A DNA stretch of 64,000 nt from Tubiluchus corallicola (lineage: Eukaryota > Animalia > Priapulida). Position 1 is the first letter of the stretch, and each line of letters starts with the position of its first letter. The position numbers were made by a program, and so were the translations under genes. The stretch covers positions 1 to 64,000 of the forward strand of contig JAQGDQ010000914.1 in the NCBI GenBank assembly GCA_030141605.1, written 5' to 3'. Positions 36,701 to 51,700 of the stretch are shown one piece after another. The notes beneath the pieces are model-generated. The model was given only the letters and a program-made list of their open reading frames with translations, made no database searches and was not told where the DNA came from.

Positions 36701-39700
36701 ACAGTTTGACGGGGTCTTATCCTAGCATCCTAGTACCTCCATAGTTAAGCTCTTCTGCTTAAAAGCCAGATACACATGCGCATCCACAACTCTTAATTAT
36801 TAGTATTAATAAATTATCATATGTGAACAGTAGAAAATGATTTGCCAAATTGTAAGATAAGTGTTCTTTTCCAAAAACAACTTTCACGGCTGCTATGCAG
36901 TCATTTTTAATGCAAAAGCAACGTATTTCTTAACAAATCTTGTCTCATCTACAACAAACCATCAACGGTTGCCAAAGTGTTGTGTTTCTCTCAGAAGGCT
37001 CGTAGAGAAAACCAGAAAACACGCTGTTAAATATTATTACTTTATTGAGCGAGAATTCTTACAACACAAGTATGAAGGAACGAGAAATGATTATACTAAA
37101 CGTCAAAATCGGGAAAACGTGAAAGTAAGTATAAATGCGTAAGTATAAGTCTACGATGTTCTATGCAATTCTGCTTGACGTCAGCGATCTCCACAACACA
37201 AAGTAACGAAACGCCAAATGATAATTTTTTTACTTGCAACTTGCTTATTTTATGTTAGGGATGTTGTACCAGTCTATTCTTTCTCAATATTTGTTATTCT
37301 TCAACCAGTATGCAAGAAATAGTAGCTATATGAGTTACTATTGGAATTCTGCATTCCTGGTCCACCCCAATCCCCTGATCCACTCTTAGGTGGTCCGTCC
37401 ACCCCTTTTGAATAGCACTGCACTAGACCACGTTTCATCCCAACTCATTCAATGATTTGACTGGTCAGCTATAAGGAACAAACACATAACATGAACAAAT
37501 AAACACATTTGTTTTTAAGCAAGAGATTTCCTTTAATATTTTAGGTTCATCTTTGTTGTTTATTATACAACTTGCTTCTGCTATTGCAACTCGTATTGTT
37601 TACGCATGTGGAAGTCATGTTTAAGGTTGTAGTTGAACACTTTGTAGAAAAAGAATAAAACACTATACTACGTATCTGCACAAAACTGAAAGCGTTTATT
37701 AGACTACATACACATGTAGAATGACTGCTACACTGAGAACAAGAGTGTCCTGCACTGATCACTGAGAGTTAGACAGTAAGTAAAATGAGGATCACGACTG
37801 CTGCACTGCACTGAGAGTGAGAGTTAGACAGGTGTGTAGCACGACTAACATGACTTCTGCACTGCATTGAGAGTGAGACAGAGAGTGACTAGAAGTAGAA
37901 TCCAGTCAGTATATATAGGTATAGGTAATTATGCAAACTTGGCTTCACAAAAACCATTACAGTAAAATAGGGAGAGATCCAGTGAGTATGCATATTCACT
38001 GGACCGTACAATTATACTAGGGGTGAGTTTAACTAGTAAAATGTAAAGGGATTAGTTAATAGATGGCAGCATCTAAAAATATACAGTTACAATTTCCACA
38101 ACGCATGTTAATTTCAAATCGCTTATTTGCAGAGAGCGTCGGTAGTGGAGATCGTAGCATCTCAGCTGACAACGAGAGTTTGACTCGTACGAAGCAGCTA
38201 CTAGCGGATGCTTTCAAGTCCGGTTCGTCTATTTGCCTCATCTGCATAGAATCCATTAAGCGGATGGAAGCGGTCTGGTCGTGCGAGTCGTGTTCGTGCA
38301 TGCTGCACCTTCCCTGCATTCAGAAATGGGTGAAGGAGGGCGTACATCAGGCAACATCTCTGCTGTCGGAAGAGAATTTCCCTCAGCGTGACATCAATTG
38401 GCATTGGTAATTCAATTCTTCACAAAGTATGCTGTATTATTGAGTTGTACTTGCTCCCTTGTAGTTGTCTACCAATACAAATCATAGTCGTTCCCGGGTT
38501 CTTAAGTGTTGTTAATGACGTAGCTAAGTTAATCAGAAGACGTCACTAGAGTATCATGCTAATTTCTCTACTATAAAGAAACTTAGTGGATTATCTATGG
38601 TCTCATGTACCTTGGATTATCTATGGTCTCATGTACCTTGGATTATCTATGGTCTCATGTACCTACCTAAAATCTCAAGGGTTAAGTGATTCAATTACTT
38701 ACGTTACTTAGTTTTTCCAGGGGTGTACCTAGTATGCTTTATACTAACGTAAGAAATTGTAGGATATTTGCTGTTACTTAGATCATTCTCTCTGCTCACG
38801 TTCCGATCATTTATTGTCTGTCTTCTACTAGATGTGATCCATTTAAAGAAACTTAAATTGAATTTGTTGTTGGGGAGTGGTGGGGGGTTGTATGAGTGTT
38901 TGTCTCATTTTACCAATTAACCTTTTCCTGTTCAGTGAGCTTTTGATTTTCTCTGAACTTTAACAACTAATTGATAAATTCCTTTAAGCAACCTTTGCCA
39001 ACTAGGGTGCCATTTGGTTCATTTTCAAGCACGTTTGTCAAAATCGTGATTATGACTGCTGAGGTTAGCAGTTCGCTGCAGTATTGCAGTACCTAATTTT
39101 CTTACATTTCTTTGACTTTTTTTGAAACATTGTGTTGTTTTTAGTGGAACACTTGGGTTACATTTTTATTTTAGTCCTAAATGTCGAAAGGAGTACAAGC
39201 AGTCCGAATGTCCCTCGCGCTACTATTGCTTTTGCGGAAAGGTGCAGGATCCCAAGTTTGATCCTTGGCTAGTGCCGCACTCGTGTGGACAAAAATGTAA
39301 CAAACCACTCAGTTCAAAATGCGGACACAGTTGTCTACTGCTATGCCACCCAGGTAATTATTTTTATAACTTGGTTAGTAATTTCTTTCCATCTTTTTTT
39401 ACTTAAAGAAAAACCTGATGATTGTGTAAACACGAGTTCAGTATAAAGAATGCTCTAAAATATTGAAAACTACAATAGCTTAATTTTAAATCAAAGCTTA
39501 GATTAATTAATAATCACCTCCGATACTCAAATTTCATTAAACTTTCAAAGCTACGCGTGGCTCGGTGAATCTACTAAGATTGGCAGCGGTGCATTTTTGT
39601 CACATTTTGATAACCATGATCAAGAAATGCAGTGTTAGTTTCTGACGTCATGTGATGTAAAGCCCATTTTTCCTGACATCATGCATTTAAGCAGTACTGT

Positions 39701-42700
39701 AACACTTGTGCAAATTTGCTTGATGCACAAGGGAAAACGCCTGCCATTGCACAAACTGTGGTTAGTTTCTGACGTAAGCAATAGCTGTGTTCGTTTGGTC
39801 TTTAATTAAGTTTCTAAGCTAATTATTCAAATATAAGAATCAACTGTTAACTTTTGTAGGCAAGAAAATCTATATTTTGGACAGTAAATTAAAATGAGAT
39901 TGAGTCTAAACCGTCGTCTGGCCTTCCTTTAATGCACCACAAACAGTTTGTCCAAATTTAATTTTAAATTTGTTTTTATTGATCTTTTGTACCTTTTATT
40001 ATTATTATTATTTTTTTTTATTTAAGATTGTAATACCTGAATATCATCGTTTCTTGATATTTTTGTAGATAATTAGGAATTATCTGCATGTTCACTTCAT
40101 TTTACACTGAATTTGTTTTCAGTCGTCATGTTTTCTTTGTCACGGACAATAATAGTGGCGTTAAATAGAATTACGTTTGTTTTATCATTTTTAAAATTGC
40201 ATGAATTTGTGTTTTTTTCATTATTTAAAGACTTGTAGTTTCATAGTGAAAAAACGTATTTGTTATCATTGTATATCATTTACTGAATGTGACTCATATG
40301 AAGTGAGATTTAGCAACTCATGTAAATGAAACAACGATGGTTGAAATGAAGGTGACTGATGCATGTAGATTGAGCCCTTCTCACCTGGGCAACTCAACAC
40401 TCAGTGCTGATGGAACTTCAGCTACTGTCTGTTCCAACAGTTGCTCGAGTGAGAAGCTCGGTGTCGTGAAGTTTGGGCTTCACGATTCACCCGCCATAAA
40501 GAAGCCAATGTGAATTAATTTACGTATAGCTGTAGGAACTGGCTCGAGGAGTTAACTTAGTTAAAAGAAGTTAGCTAGTTGTTGAGTTGATATGGAACAG
40601 AAAACATGTATATTGCGCTTTCGAAAAAGGATTAAATTTAGCGTTATGGCAGAAGGAAAGTTCTCGTTTTTGTTTTACTATCGTCGCAAAAGTCACCACG
40701 ACACTCGGTAGCAACTTTGGAGTGTGTAAGCTGCTCATAAAAAATGCTGCCAAGTCTGTGTTTCATTCGGCACTAACATTGCTTGCTTTGAAAACTAGTC
40801 AACACTTTCGTACATACGTAAGCAACTCACTTGTTCATTTTCCTGCTGATAAATCCATGTAAAAGACAGAGACAGGCATCGTTTGGTGCAAGTCCTCTAT
40901 CAAATCAGGCTACATAGGTGATTGTGTTACGTTGAACATAATTCAGTGATATTGAACACAAATCACATAATGTTATTGTTTTCACACAGAAATGATATTC
41001 ATTGTATAGGACTTTTTTAATTAGTCTAGCTAATTAGCTAATGTACGTCTTATTATAAAATCAAACAAGAGCAGAAGCAATTAAACCATTAATTTGCCTC
41101 ACAATATTTTTGTTCGATTTTCATATTAAGACTATGATTGTTTAAAAATTTGTTACTGAATCAAAGTTTTGGTGATTATACTGTTAGAGCAATGAATTGT
41201 GGCTTGTATATCAACACTTAAACAGATCTTGAGCAGTAAAACTTGTGGTTTTTATGCAAGCCAGCCATAGTGAATTCGACACAAGTGCTTTATTCACATT
41301 TGAAATCGTTTTCGAAGCATTTATTAGAAATTTGTTTCTTTTTTTAAGCTGCGTCGACTGACATGCGTAATAATTTGAATATTTTTGTTTAGGTCCGTGT
41401 CCACCTTGTCCGCAAGTGGTCAAGAAACCTTGTTTCTGTGGACGCGGTCCAGTTCAACCTAAGCGTTGCAGCCAAGCTGAGTGGTCATGTGGCAAGCCTT
41501 GCAAGCAGTTGTTGACATGTAAACATCACAAATGCAGCTCTCCATGCCATAAAGGTAAGTTCACTTCTTTTCATGTACAATTTTGTAATTACTGTTATAT
41601 TGATATGCCAAAACTCTTACGTGTATGCAATACTTACGTGTATGCAATATGTTAATAATTGCTAGAAACACATTCGCTTATTTCTACATGAGCAAAAACT
41701 GCTTTTAAAAATTTCGCACTCTGTTGTCTTAATATACCATATGTGCTATAATAATGTTTACTGTTTTCCAAATTTGTGTTCTTTCTTTATATATACTGTT
41801 TTTCTCTTGCAGCTGTTGTCGTGTTATGCTTTGTTACATTTGGTTGTTTTAGGCGACTGTCCAGCATGTCCGATGACCAGCGTCCAGCCTTGCAAATGTG
41901 GCCGGCAGTCAGTCAGACGACCGTGTGCCAGTCCACAATGGCAGTGTGATAAGGTTGGCATAACAGTAAAAAGAAGCTTTTAGCAAGTTTGTGCAAGTTT
42001 TTTTTGCCATGGAATTTGACGAAAATGTTTTGTGGGAGCCGTTGTTATTTTTTGGCAGTGATAGAGGTTGGCAGATGTTTAAAGTTTTTAGATTGAGTCC
42101 TGAAATAGCTCTCGCTTGTAAACCTGGGGCATCGGTGTTGTTAAATGAAAGGTAGTATTGTTTCAAATATTTTCGTAATCTTCAATGACGTGCCTTGGTT
42201 TGGTCGAGACCTAGATGTTGTGTTCTATTGCAGGTGTGCGAAAAACCGTTGTCGTGTGGTCATCACGTCTGTGAGAAAGTTTGCCATGACGGAGACTGTG
42301 GACATTGTCCAAGGATGGGAGAAAGGACTTGTCCTTGCGGAAAGTCGAGTGAGTTTATATCATATGTTAAAGTTACTATTTTTTGTACAAATAGCTTGAA
42401 CTTTAACTATTACTTGTAAATTAGTAGTTATTTCCTGAGTTGTTCACAGAATAAATTTTTTATATACTAACTGGATAAAGTTTACAATTCCCCACACAAA
42501 AATATTTAGTTCGGGATTAGGTTAGGGTTAGGGTAAAGAGTAGCTGTAGGGTTAGGATTAGGATTAGGGTTAGGGTTAATGCTATGGATAAGATTAGGAT
42601 TAGGGTTAAGGTTAGGATTAGGATTAGGGTTAGGGTTAAGAGTAGGAGTAGGGTTAGGATTAGGATTAGGGTTAACAGTAGGATTAGGGTTAGGGGATTA

Positions 42701-45700
42701 GGATAAGGGTAAAGGTATTTAAATTGTACGGGGAATTGTAAACTCCTTACTAAAACGTAAACATTTAGTATGGGAGATAAATTCTCTCTTTTTACTATCG
42801 AAGAGTGTTGACGTTTTGTATGTAGTTTCATATCATGATGTGTTCTTATCTAGGACATATAATGCAGGCTTACAATATGGAGGAAACATTAATGCTTAAT
42901 GCTCCGTGTTGTTCGTGATGCTTAGTTTATCGCCTTTTACAGAAAGCAAACTGCCTTGTACGGAGGATGTACCAACATGTGGAGACACGTGTGAGAAGGT
43001 TTTGAGCTGCGCCATTCATTACTGCATTCAGATGTGTCATACAGGTCCTTGTGCAAAGGTCAAATTTTAGATTTTAAAATTCCTCTATGGTTACTTTCCT
43101 TGAATCACAAACTAGTTGTGCAACACCGATGGTCTAATTTTTGTTACTGTAGAAGACACAGGGCTTACTGTGTAGAAGATCCAGGGCTTACTGTGTAGAA
43201 GACCCAGGGCTTACTGTGTAGAAGACCCAGGGCTTACTGTGTAGAAGACAGGGCTTACTGTGTAGAAGACCCAGGGCTTACTGTGTAGAAGACCCAGGGC
43301 TTCCTGTGTAGAAGACCCAGGGCTTACTGTGTAGAAGACACAGGGCTTACTGTGTAGAAGACCCAGGGCTTACTGTGTAGAAGACCCAGGGCTTACTGTG
43401 TAGAAGACCCAGGGCTTACTGTGTAGAAGACCCAGGGCTTACTGTGTAGAAGACCCAGGGCTTACTGTGTAGAAGACCCAGGGCTTACTGTCGATGCACA
43501 CGTTTTCCAGACTGACCCAAATGACTGGGCTTTGATCTTTACCGTCGGCCACTTCATGTTTGTTATTGTTATGAAGCCACATCGCTAAATTTCAGCTTTG
43601 CGTCTTTAAAACTTTGGGAAGAAAAGCCCAACTGAGAAAACCAACAGAAATGTAGAAGATTGAATTTAATTAAATAATATGGAGCTTACCTTATAACCTA
43701 AAAGTTGTTGTTGATATAAGTGTGTTGCCATAACCGTGTTTCATAGTATAACTACGTATAAGTAAGTGAATTTCATTACTGAATGTGATTCAAGATATGG
43801 AGCAGCAAACAATCGTTTTATACTTTCGGAGGGAGGGAGCACTGTGCAAATCACATCCTGGGGCTCACTTAAGGCTAGTAGCACACCCCTCGGTTTTAGA
43901 TTTTCAAAATTAATCAGTGACGGCTGTTATTAATATTTGCATGAATGAGCGAAAGACAATCTCTCATTGTTTAGCACTTTATAAATGCAGACAAGAAACA
44001 TGATGCGTTCAGTTTACATCCGGTTTTGTTTAAACTGTTTTTATACAAACGTTTCAATTCTCTGGGCATTTTATTAATTCAAAACAAAAATTAGCTACTG
44101 ACTTTGAGTAACAGATAGCTTTTAGGTGCTAATCAATGAAAAGCATAACTTTCTGTACCTCAATAAACTGCTGAACAAAAACAGACTGTCTTGTTTAAGC
44201 AAGATGAGCGTACCGTTGCAATTGTTTTTGTTTTATAATTCATTTTTGTAAGTCTCATACACCGAGTCTTTGGCACTGTATTCATTTTGGCACATTTATT
44301 AAATTAGAGATGAATTTTGGTGCAAACTGCACATGTCACGTTACACATTTGAGAACTTTTCAGCAATGTGTGTTTAGAAAAAAGGAATCAGAAAATGCGA
44401 CTATGAAACCCTTTTTCATTTGTTTAACATTATTTGTTTAACATGTTCATGTTTTTCTTGGTTTGCAGTGCAGACAATTGGTTGAAAAGCGCTGTAGATG
44501 TGGTGCCAGGAAGAAGTCGGTGCTTTGCGGTGCAGAATATACATGCGAAACGAAATGTTCGCGTATGAAGAACTGCAGCAGACACGCATGTAAACGAAAA
44601 GTATGTTCAAGTGTTTGCTTCTGTTGTTTCTGCCGTAGATTTTTCTGTTTTGTATCCGTGCGGTCGATGCAAGTGTCTGCGCAATGTTGACTTTTTAGCT
44701 TTGCCTCATGTTGGTAATGGCAAAAGAGAGAATTTTTTTATGATTTTGCTGTGCATGATTTAGGTGCCTCTTTTGACAACTACTTGGTTTTTACATTCAG
44801 AGCTCTGAAATTGAAGCAGCAATGGAATCGAGTTGGCAACTTGTTTGATCATTTATAGAAAATAATCTATTTGTTATTTTACTGTTTTGACTGATTAGTT
44901 AAAAGCCTAATATCGTTCACTTCAACATCTAACGAGCCACCATTAATGTGTCTATGCGTAGAGCTTTGATTAACGTCACCTAAGTTTCGATCTTCCCCTG
45001 CAAGTATCTTGTCTGATAGCGGCTTCACTAAATTAGTGACACGTTCCATTATCATCGCCTATGTCATTTTTTCAAAATAATCGATGACTTAGTGCCCCAC
45101 TATTTAAGTGCAATTCTGCCGCCAAAGGTTAACGAAGTTACCCCGTATTATATGCGCAGTGGTACTAAATACAAAAATTTTAATTGCCGTTCTGTTAGCT
45201 GTGAAAAATCGTTTTTCATATCGACCATTAACATGTGGAACAACTTGCCACAGAACATTCGTGAAATTACATCCATTTCACAATTCAAACAAGAGCTCAA
45301 ATCACATTTAAGTTTTTCGTTGCGTAAGAAACATTTTTCGTTTGGTAAACCTCCAATATCAGTGCATCATACGCGCATGAGAATCGGATTTTCTCAGCTA
45401 AACTATGACCTTTTCTCTAAAGGCTGTATGTAAAGGTAATAACGGTCATCCAATATAGCCGAATTGTAACTGTGGATTTCGATTTGAGTCTGTTGAACAC
45501 TTTTTGTTGCACTGCCGATTGTATCAACTAGCTAGGGTTGCTATGCAATAAATTGAATGCAATACTTCTGCCCGAAAACCTTAATATAGCTGTCTTAGGA
45601 AATAATGATCTGTTGAAGTTGTTATTATTCGGTAAAGATGAATTTAACTATGTTACTAACTGTAAAATATTCCAATGTATACATGACTTTATATTATGTA

Positions 45701-48700
45701 CTAAACGCTTCCAGTAGTTTCTATCTGATATAAAATGCATCATTCTTAAATAATCGTACATTAATATTTACTAACCGTCATTTTCTACTAATGTCTAATG
45801 TATCACTGTAGTAAAACTTTAGTATACTAAAAACTAAGTATAGTCTATTTTTACTGTAAATGTTCTTGTAAATAGTGTATAACGTCTGTTGTGGTGAGGA
45901 TCCTAAATCATGTTGTACAAACTGTCTGATCCAATCCTAAATTATGTTTAAACAAATGTGTCTATGTGTAGAGCTTTGCGTCAGATTAGCGTCACAGTGG
46001 TAACACTGAGCTGTGGTTATGCACAGTTATTGTAACTCATTCATTTCCTGTTGATAAAGTGTTACAACTAATTGGGGCTGTTTCACTATCAGCTGCAGGT
46101 CTGTTGTAAACGCAATTGCTTGTATGCTGAAATCTCGATTGGGAACTGAATTTTTGTTCATTCACGAATGGAATTCAGTCGCTCATTCGCTGGATCAGCG
46201 TCTCAAAGCTAAGGAAATGGATTAGTAATAATCGTTTATCCACGTGCTGTAATTAGTTAAGTTAATTAACCATTTGCTGCCTCGTGTTTGTATACGTGCC
46301 CTTTTTTACAGTGTTGTGATGGTAATTGTCCCCCGTGTGAACAGGCTTGTGGACGGATGTTACCGTGTAGAAATCATAAATGTCCAAGTCCCTGCCATCC
46401 AGGTGCGGTGTTACTAGCATCTTAGTCTAGTGTAAATAATTTGATTATCTTGCGTGCGAGACGTTACAGACTGTTATTGAAGTTGTAGATAACTCACTTT
46501 GTAGAACAAGAATAAACAACTATACTACATATTTGCACAAAACTGAAAAGTGTTTATTAGACTGCACACACATATGTAGAATGACTGCTACACTGAACAC
46601 TGAGAACAAGAGTGTCCTGCACTGATCACTGAGAGTTAGACAGTAAGTAACATGACCATCACGACTGCTGCACTGCACTGAGAGTGAGACAGTGACTAGA
46701 AAGTAAATCCAGTCAGTATATATAGGCATAGGTGATTATGCAAACTTATCTTCAAAAAAACATTACTGTAAAATAGGGAGAGATCATATTCACTGGACCG
46801 TACAATTATACTAGGGGTGAGTTTAGCTAGTAAAATGTAAAAGGATTAGTTCATAGATGGCAGCACCTAAAAAAATATACAATTACAATTTCCACAGTCT
46901 GATCCATTATGAAGCCATTGCATAGCAGCTATAAGTAGCTAGTATGGAATGGCCTCGTTCGTTCATTCGGCAGACGGAAAGGTGCGTTTGCCACCTAAGC
47001 ACCTGTTCCGTAGTCACGATCAGTATGAGAAATGCAGGAACAGATTCTGGCTCATTTTCATCTTAATTTTTGCATTTAAATTTTTGTATTTTTTGTCTAT
47101 TTTCACTTCTACAACATTTGTCTGCAACTTGGTTTGGCTGATTCAGATTTGAACCCAGGACCTCTTGACCAGTGCCGCGACAATATTTTTTTAAAATTTA
47201 GAACTTTTTTCTGTTAATTTATTCTTTTTCTGCACTAAGAAAGATTTGCTGTATTTATTGATTACGCAGAAATAATGTGTTGAAAAAGGTCACATCACAC
47301 ATGAAGACATTGCATTTGTTTTTCTCTTATCCATCTAGGTTATAGTAACTAGATTATTGACACCAATATAAGTTGACTTGCTTAGGTTTTATTCTTTTAG
47401 GACCTTGCTATCCTTGTCCGCTCACCGTCAGTTTGACTTGCGCTTGTGGCGCCACCAAGGTGACCGTTCCGTGTGGTCGAGAGAAAACAACAAGACCGCC
47501 TCGTTGCAATGCACTTTGCAGGTATCTTTCATGCTTTATAATAGACGACTGAACATTTGCTTTACACAGTAGACACTGTGCGAGTGGAAATCCAGCACTT
47601 GGTGACAAAAAAGTATCAATACCATAATGACAAAAACTAGTTTTTTCAACACATTAATTATCGTTATCATAACATCCTTAATCTAGAGCAGACTATTCAT
47701 CATTTTTTATTATTTTATTATTTTTTAATATTTTATTTCAAACTTTACAAAGTTCACATACACATCACAAATTAATACAATAACTCATGACACGCAACAG
47801 TAACCCAAATAACAATTAACGATATAACAAACTACGCCAATGACGTCTAATTACATAAGAAAAGTTTACATCACTGTTTAAAATGTTCTTGCATATAAAA
47901 TTTTCACTGTTATTCAGCCAGACGTATAAACTGTATGCAGATTTTCTGTGAATCACATCAAAATAAATAATTTTAAGTCTAGCAGAAATATATCTGGCGC
48001 TCGTATCATATGAAAAGTTAAACAGCTTCCGTCTTGATACATTATATGCAACCTTGAGTTTGCTAAGATTGTAAGAATAAAAATGTTTCCAAGTGGATAT
48101 GCAATAAAAAGTAGTGCAGTAAGCATTAAACAATTGTTTCTTCACGTTAACTGAACAGTGAGTAAATTTCATGAGTAATTTATTTGCTCTACCATAGTAA
48201 ATTGAACATTGTCGTAATATGTCTAAATCATCTCTATTGTCATCTAATAAAATATGACCCAGATATTTTTCCTTTTTGCTAGGTAGCTTATATTATAGCT
48301 TTAGAGACTAAATGTTTGACGAACTCATAATCAGACACTTGCGCAATTACGACACTTTCTGGTGTCAGTAGAGGCACATTGTCCACTCCCCGCAAATATG
48401 AATTCTCATAAGTTATAATTCTTTTTAAGGCAAGAAGTTAGCATTGTATTTATATCCTTGCTAGCTGGCAGTAACGTGTTTCTTTCATGGTTTTCGATAC
48501 TTATAATGTGACCTTTGTCTTTTTGCTGTTTCATCAACCGTCGTAAATGTGGACTTTGTTCTTCCTTTTTTTGTTTTGTCCATCTTTCTTGACCGCATAT
48601 ATGTCACACATCTCATCATTAAGTTTATCGAACAATCTTTATTTGGGTCTCCCTTTTCTTCCCGCCATCTTGATCACTCTTCTGTCTTCTCTACTTAATC

Positions 48701-51700
48701 GGTTCTTCTCTCTTCTCTACCACGTTCGTTTCACGTCCGTTAGTGGCTTAGTCGAGTGACTTTCATCTTTTCCCACATCTAATCTATCATTCCTGGCAGC
48801 TCTAATGCAACCCCGTTCATTTCTGTTACCGCGAACGAGATTTCTCTTTTACTGCGATGCTCATTCTCTCAAGTTCGTAAAACGTGGCTGACCTCACTAC
48901 AGTGCCTGACCTCACTAGAGTAACCGACCTCACTACAGCAGCCAACCTCACTACAGCGGCCGACCTCACTACAGCGGCCAACCTCACTACAGTGGCTGAT
49001 CTCACTACAGTGGCTGACCTCGCTACAGTGACTGACCTCACTACAGCGGCTGATCTCACTACAGTGGCTGACCTCACTACAGTGGCCGACCTCACTACAG
49101 CGGCTGATCTCACTACAGTGGCTGATCTCACTACAGTGGCTGACGTTTCTACCGTTTCTTATACTTTCCTTTTCAGTTTCACACTTTTGCCATATAATAC
49201 AGCTTTGATTAGTAATTGCAGCATGAAAAGATAGCTGTCTGTTATCTGGCTAGAATTGACATTGTGATCCTGCATTGAGTTTGCTAATGAAAATATCTGT
49301 GTCTGTTCAGGAAGCCACCTATATGTCACCACAAGGTGCAGGAAAAGCATCGCTGTCACTCCGGGAAGTGTCCACCTTGTCGTCAGTGCTGCGATATTCA
49401 ACTGCCCTGTGGTCATCGATGTCCGAACACTTGTCACACGGCAGTATTGGTCAAGTTACAGGAAAAGGTAAAAAATTATTGAACTATTTGACAACATTAA
49501 TTGATAGGTGTGACATGGAATGGCTTTTGTGATAAGGGTTATTGTGATAATGAATTATATTATTGATAGTGTTTTTCAAATATTTAAGTTTTGTTGTATG
49601 TTTTTAAGTAAGAGATTTTCTCTAGTTCTTATTTAACCAGTTGAAGTGTTGTGTGTAAGTAAAATGAAATCAATATATTTTATTTTGTGAGCAAAATTAT
49701 TACACAACTTTGCAATATATATGAAATGACTTGAACTGTTTGTCTTTTATTTTGTGTTTCATAGTTGTTATAAGTAATTTTTCAAAGCAACATGTTGCTA
49801 TAATCCGTTGCACAAATTATGAACAACTGATCATACATGTTGCAGAAGCTGTGTTCCTTTTTTGCAGATGCATGTTGCTTGTATGCTGTCATGTGTTAGA
49901 TAATTTCTGCTTAGTTGCTCAATGATACATTGACTTTTTATATGTGTGGAAGTCATTATGCCTTACTATTTTAAGGGCACTGTTGTGAGGGCAGGCCCGT
50001 GGGAACCAGCGCCACAAGCTAGAGTTGAGTTGGTGAAGTATGATTGCAGACCGTGTATTGTTGCCGTACCCGTAACCTGCCACGGGAAGCATGAGGTAAT
50101 GATGACTGTTAGTGTCTCTGAGAGGCATTTATGACAACTTCAAAAGTCTCAGTTAAATTTACATGTAAACCACTGATCTTTATTTCTGCAATATTTAAAA
50201 ATTAAAATAGAAAGGCAAAGGTGACTGACATTGGCTAATTTTATGAAAAGTTACATAGTTTAGTTAGATTTACAGTCATTTAGTCCATTCAAAAATATCA
50301 ATGAATAAATCAAAATAAAAATTAATAGAAGTAAACTTACATCGTTGCGGCATATATCTAATGAAAAATTTCGCTAGCTTGTACAAGACACATGTTCACA
50401 TACACTACAGAACAGCATAATGAAAATATAACTTGGTCAATGCCCACACTTTAAACTTTCTAGCTAGATGGAGCCACCTTGGCTACAAAATTAAAATTTA
50501 TTAAGTCAGGTTCACACTGGCCTTAATAATGATGCACAGTGAGATCCAGCCTTTGTAATGCTATGGACCAACTGTGTTAGTTTTTTGTTTATATGCGATG
50601 GATTTTGTAGTTTTGACTGCCTTGACCACTGGGAGATGCGCATGCCTAGTGGTCTAAGGTGTCTGCAATGTAAGCAGACGGTCGCTAGATTTCCTATCAT
50701 TCTTGTTTGGCAGCAAAATTAAGTTAATTATGGGTTTTAAACATCACCAGAGAGCATGTTCATCACTCTGTCTGAAATTCCTCTTCAATTCGTCACTGAG
50801 AGTTTAACACCTCCCCAATTCTTCACTGAGAGTTAAACACTTCTCCAATTCGTCACTGAGAATTAAACACCTCTCCAATTCATCACTGAGAGTTAAACAC
50901 CTCCCCAATTCGTCACTGAGAATTAAACACCTCCCCAATTCGTCACTGAGAGTTAAACACCTCCCCAATTCGTCACTGAGAGTTAAACACCTCCCCAATT
51001 CGTCACTGAGAGTTAAACACCTCTCCAATTCGTCACTGAGAATTAAACACCTCCCCAATTTGTCACTGAGAGTTAAACACCTCCCCAATTCGTCACTGAG
51101 AGCTAAACACTTCCCCAATTTGTCACTGATAGTTAAACACCTGTCCAATTCATCACTGAGAATTAAACACCTCCCCAATTCGTCACTGAGAATTAAACAC
51201 CTCCCCAATTCGTCACTGAGAGTTAAACACCTCCCCAATTTGTCACTGAGAGTTAAACACCTCCTCAATTCGTCACTGAGACTTAAACACCTCCCCAATT
51301 CGTCAGTGAGAGTTAAACACCTCCCCAATTCGTCACTGAGAGTTAAACACCTCTCCTATTCGTCACTGAGAGTTAAACACCTCCCCAATTCGTCTCTGAG
51401 AGTTAAACACCTCCCTAATTCGTCACTGACAGTTAAACACCTCCCCAATTTGTCACTGAGAATTAAACACCTCACCAATTCGTCACTGAGAGTTAAACAC
51501 TTCCCCAATTCGTCACTGAGTGAATTAAACACCTCTCCAATTCATCACTGAGACTTAAACACCTCCCCAATTCGTCACTGAGAGTTAAACGCCTCCTCAA
51601 TTCGTCACCGAGAGTTAAACACCTCCCCAATTCGTCACCGAGAGTTAAACACCTCCCCAATTCGTCACCGAGAGTTAAACACTTCTCCAATTTGTCACTG

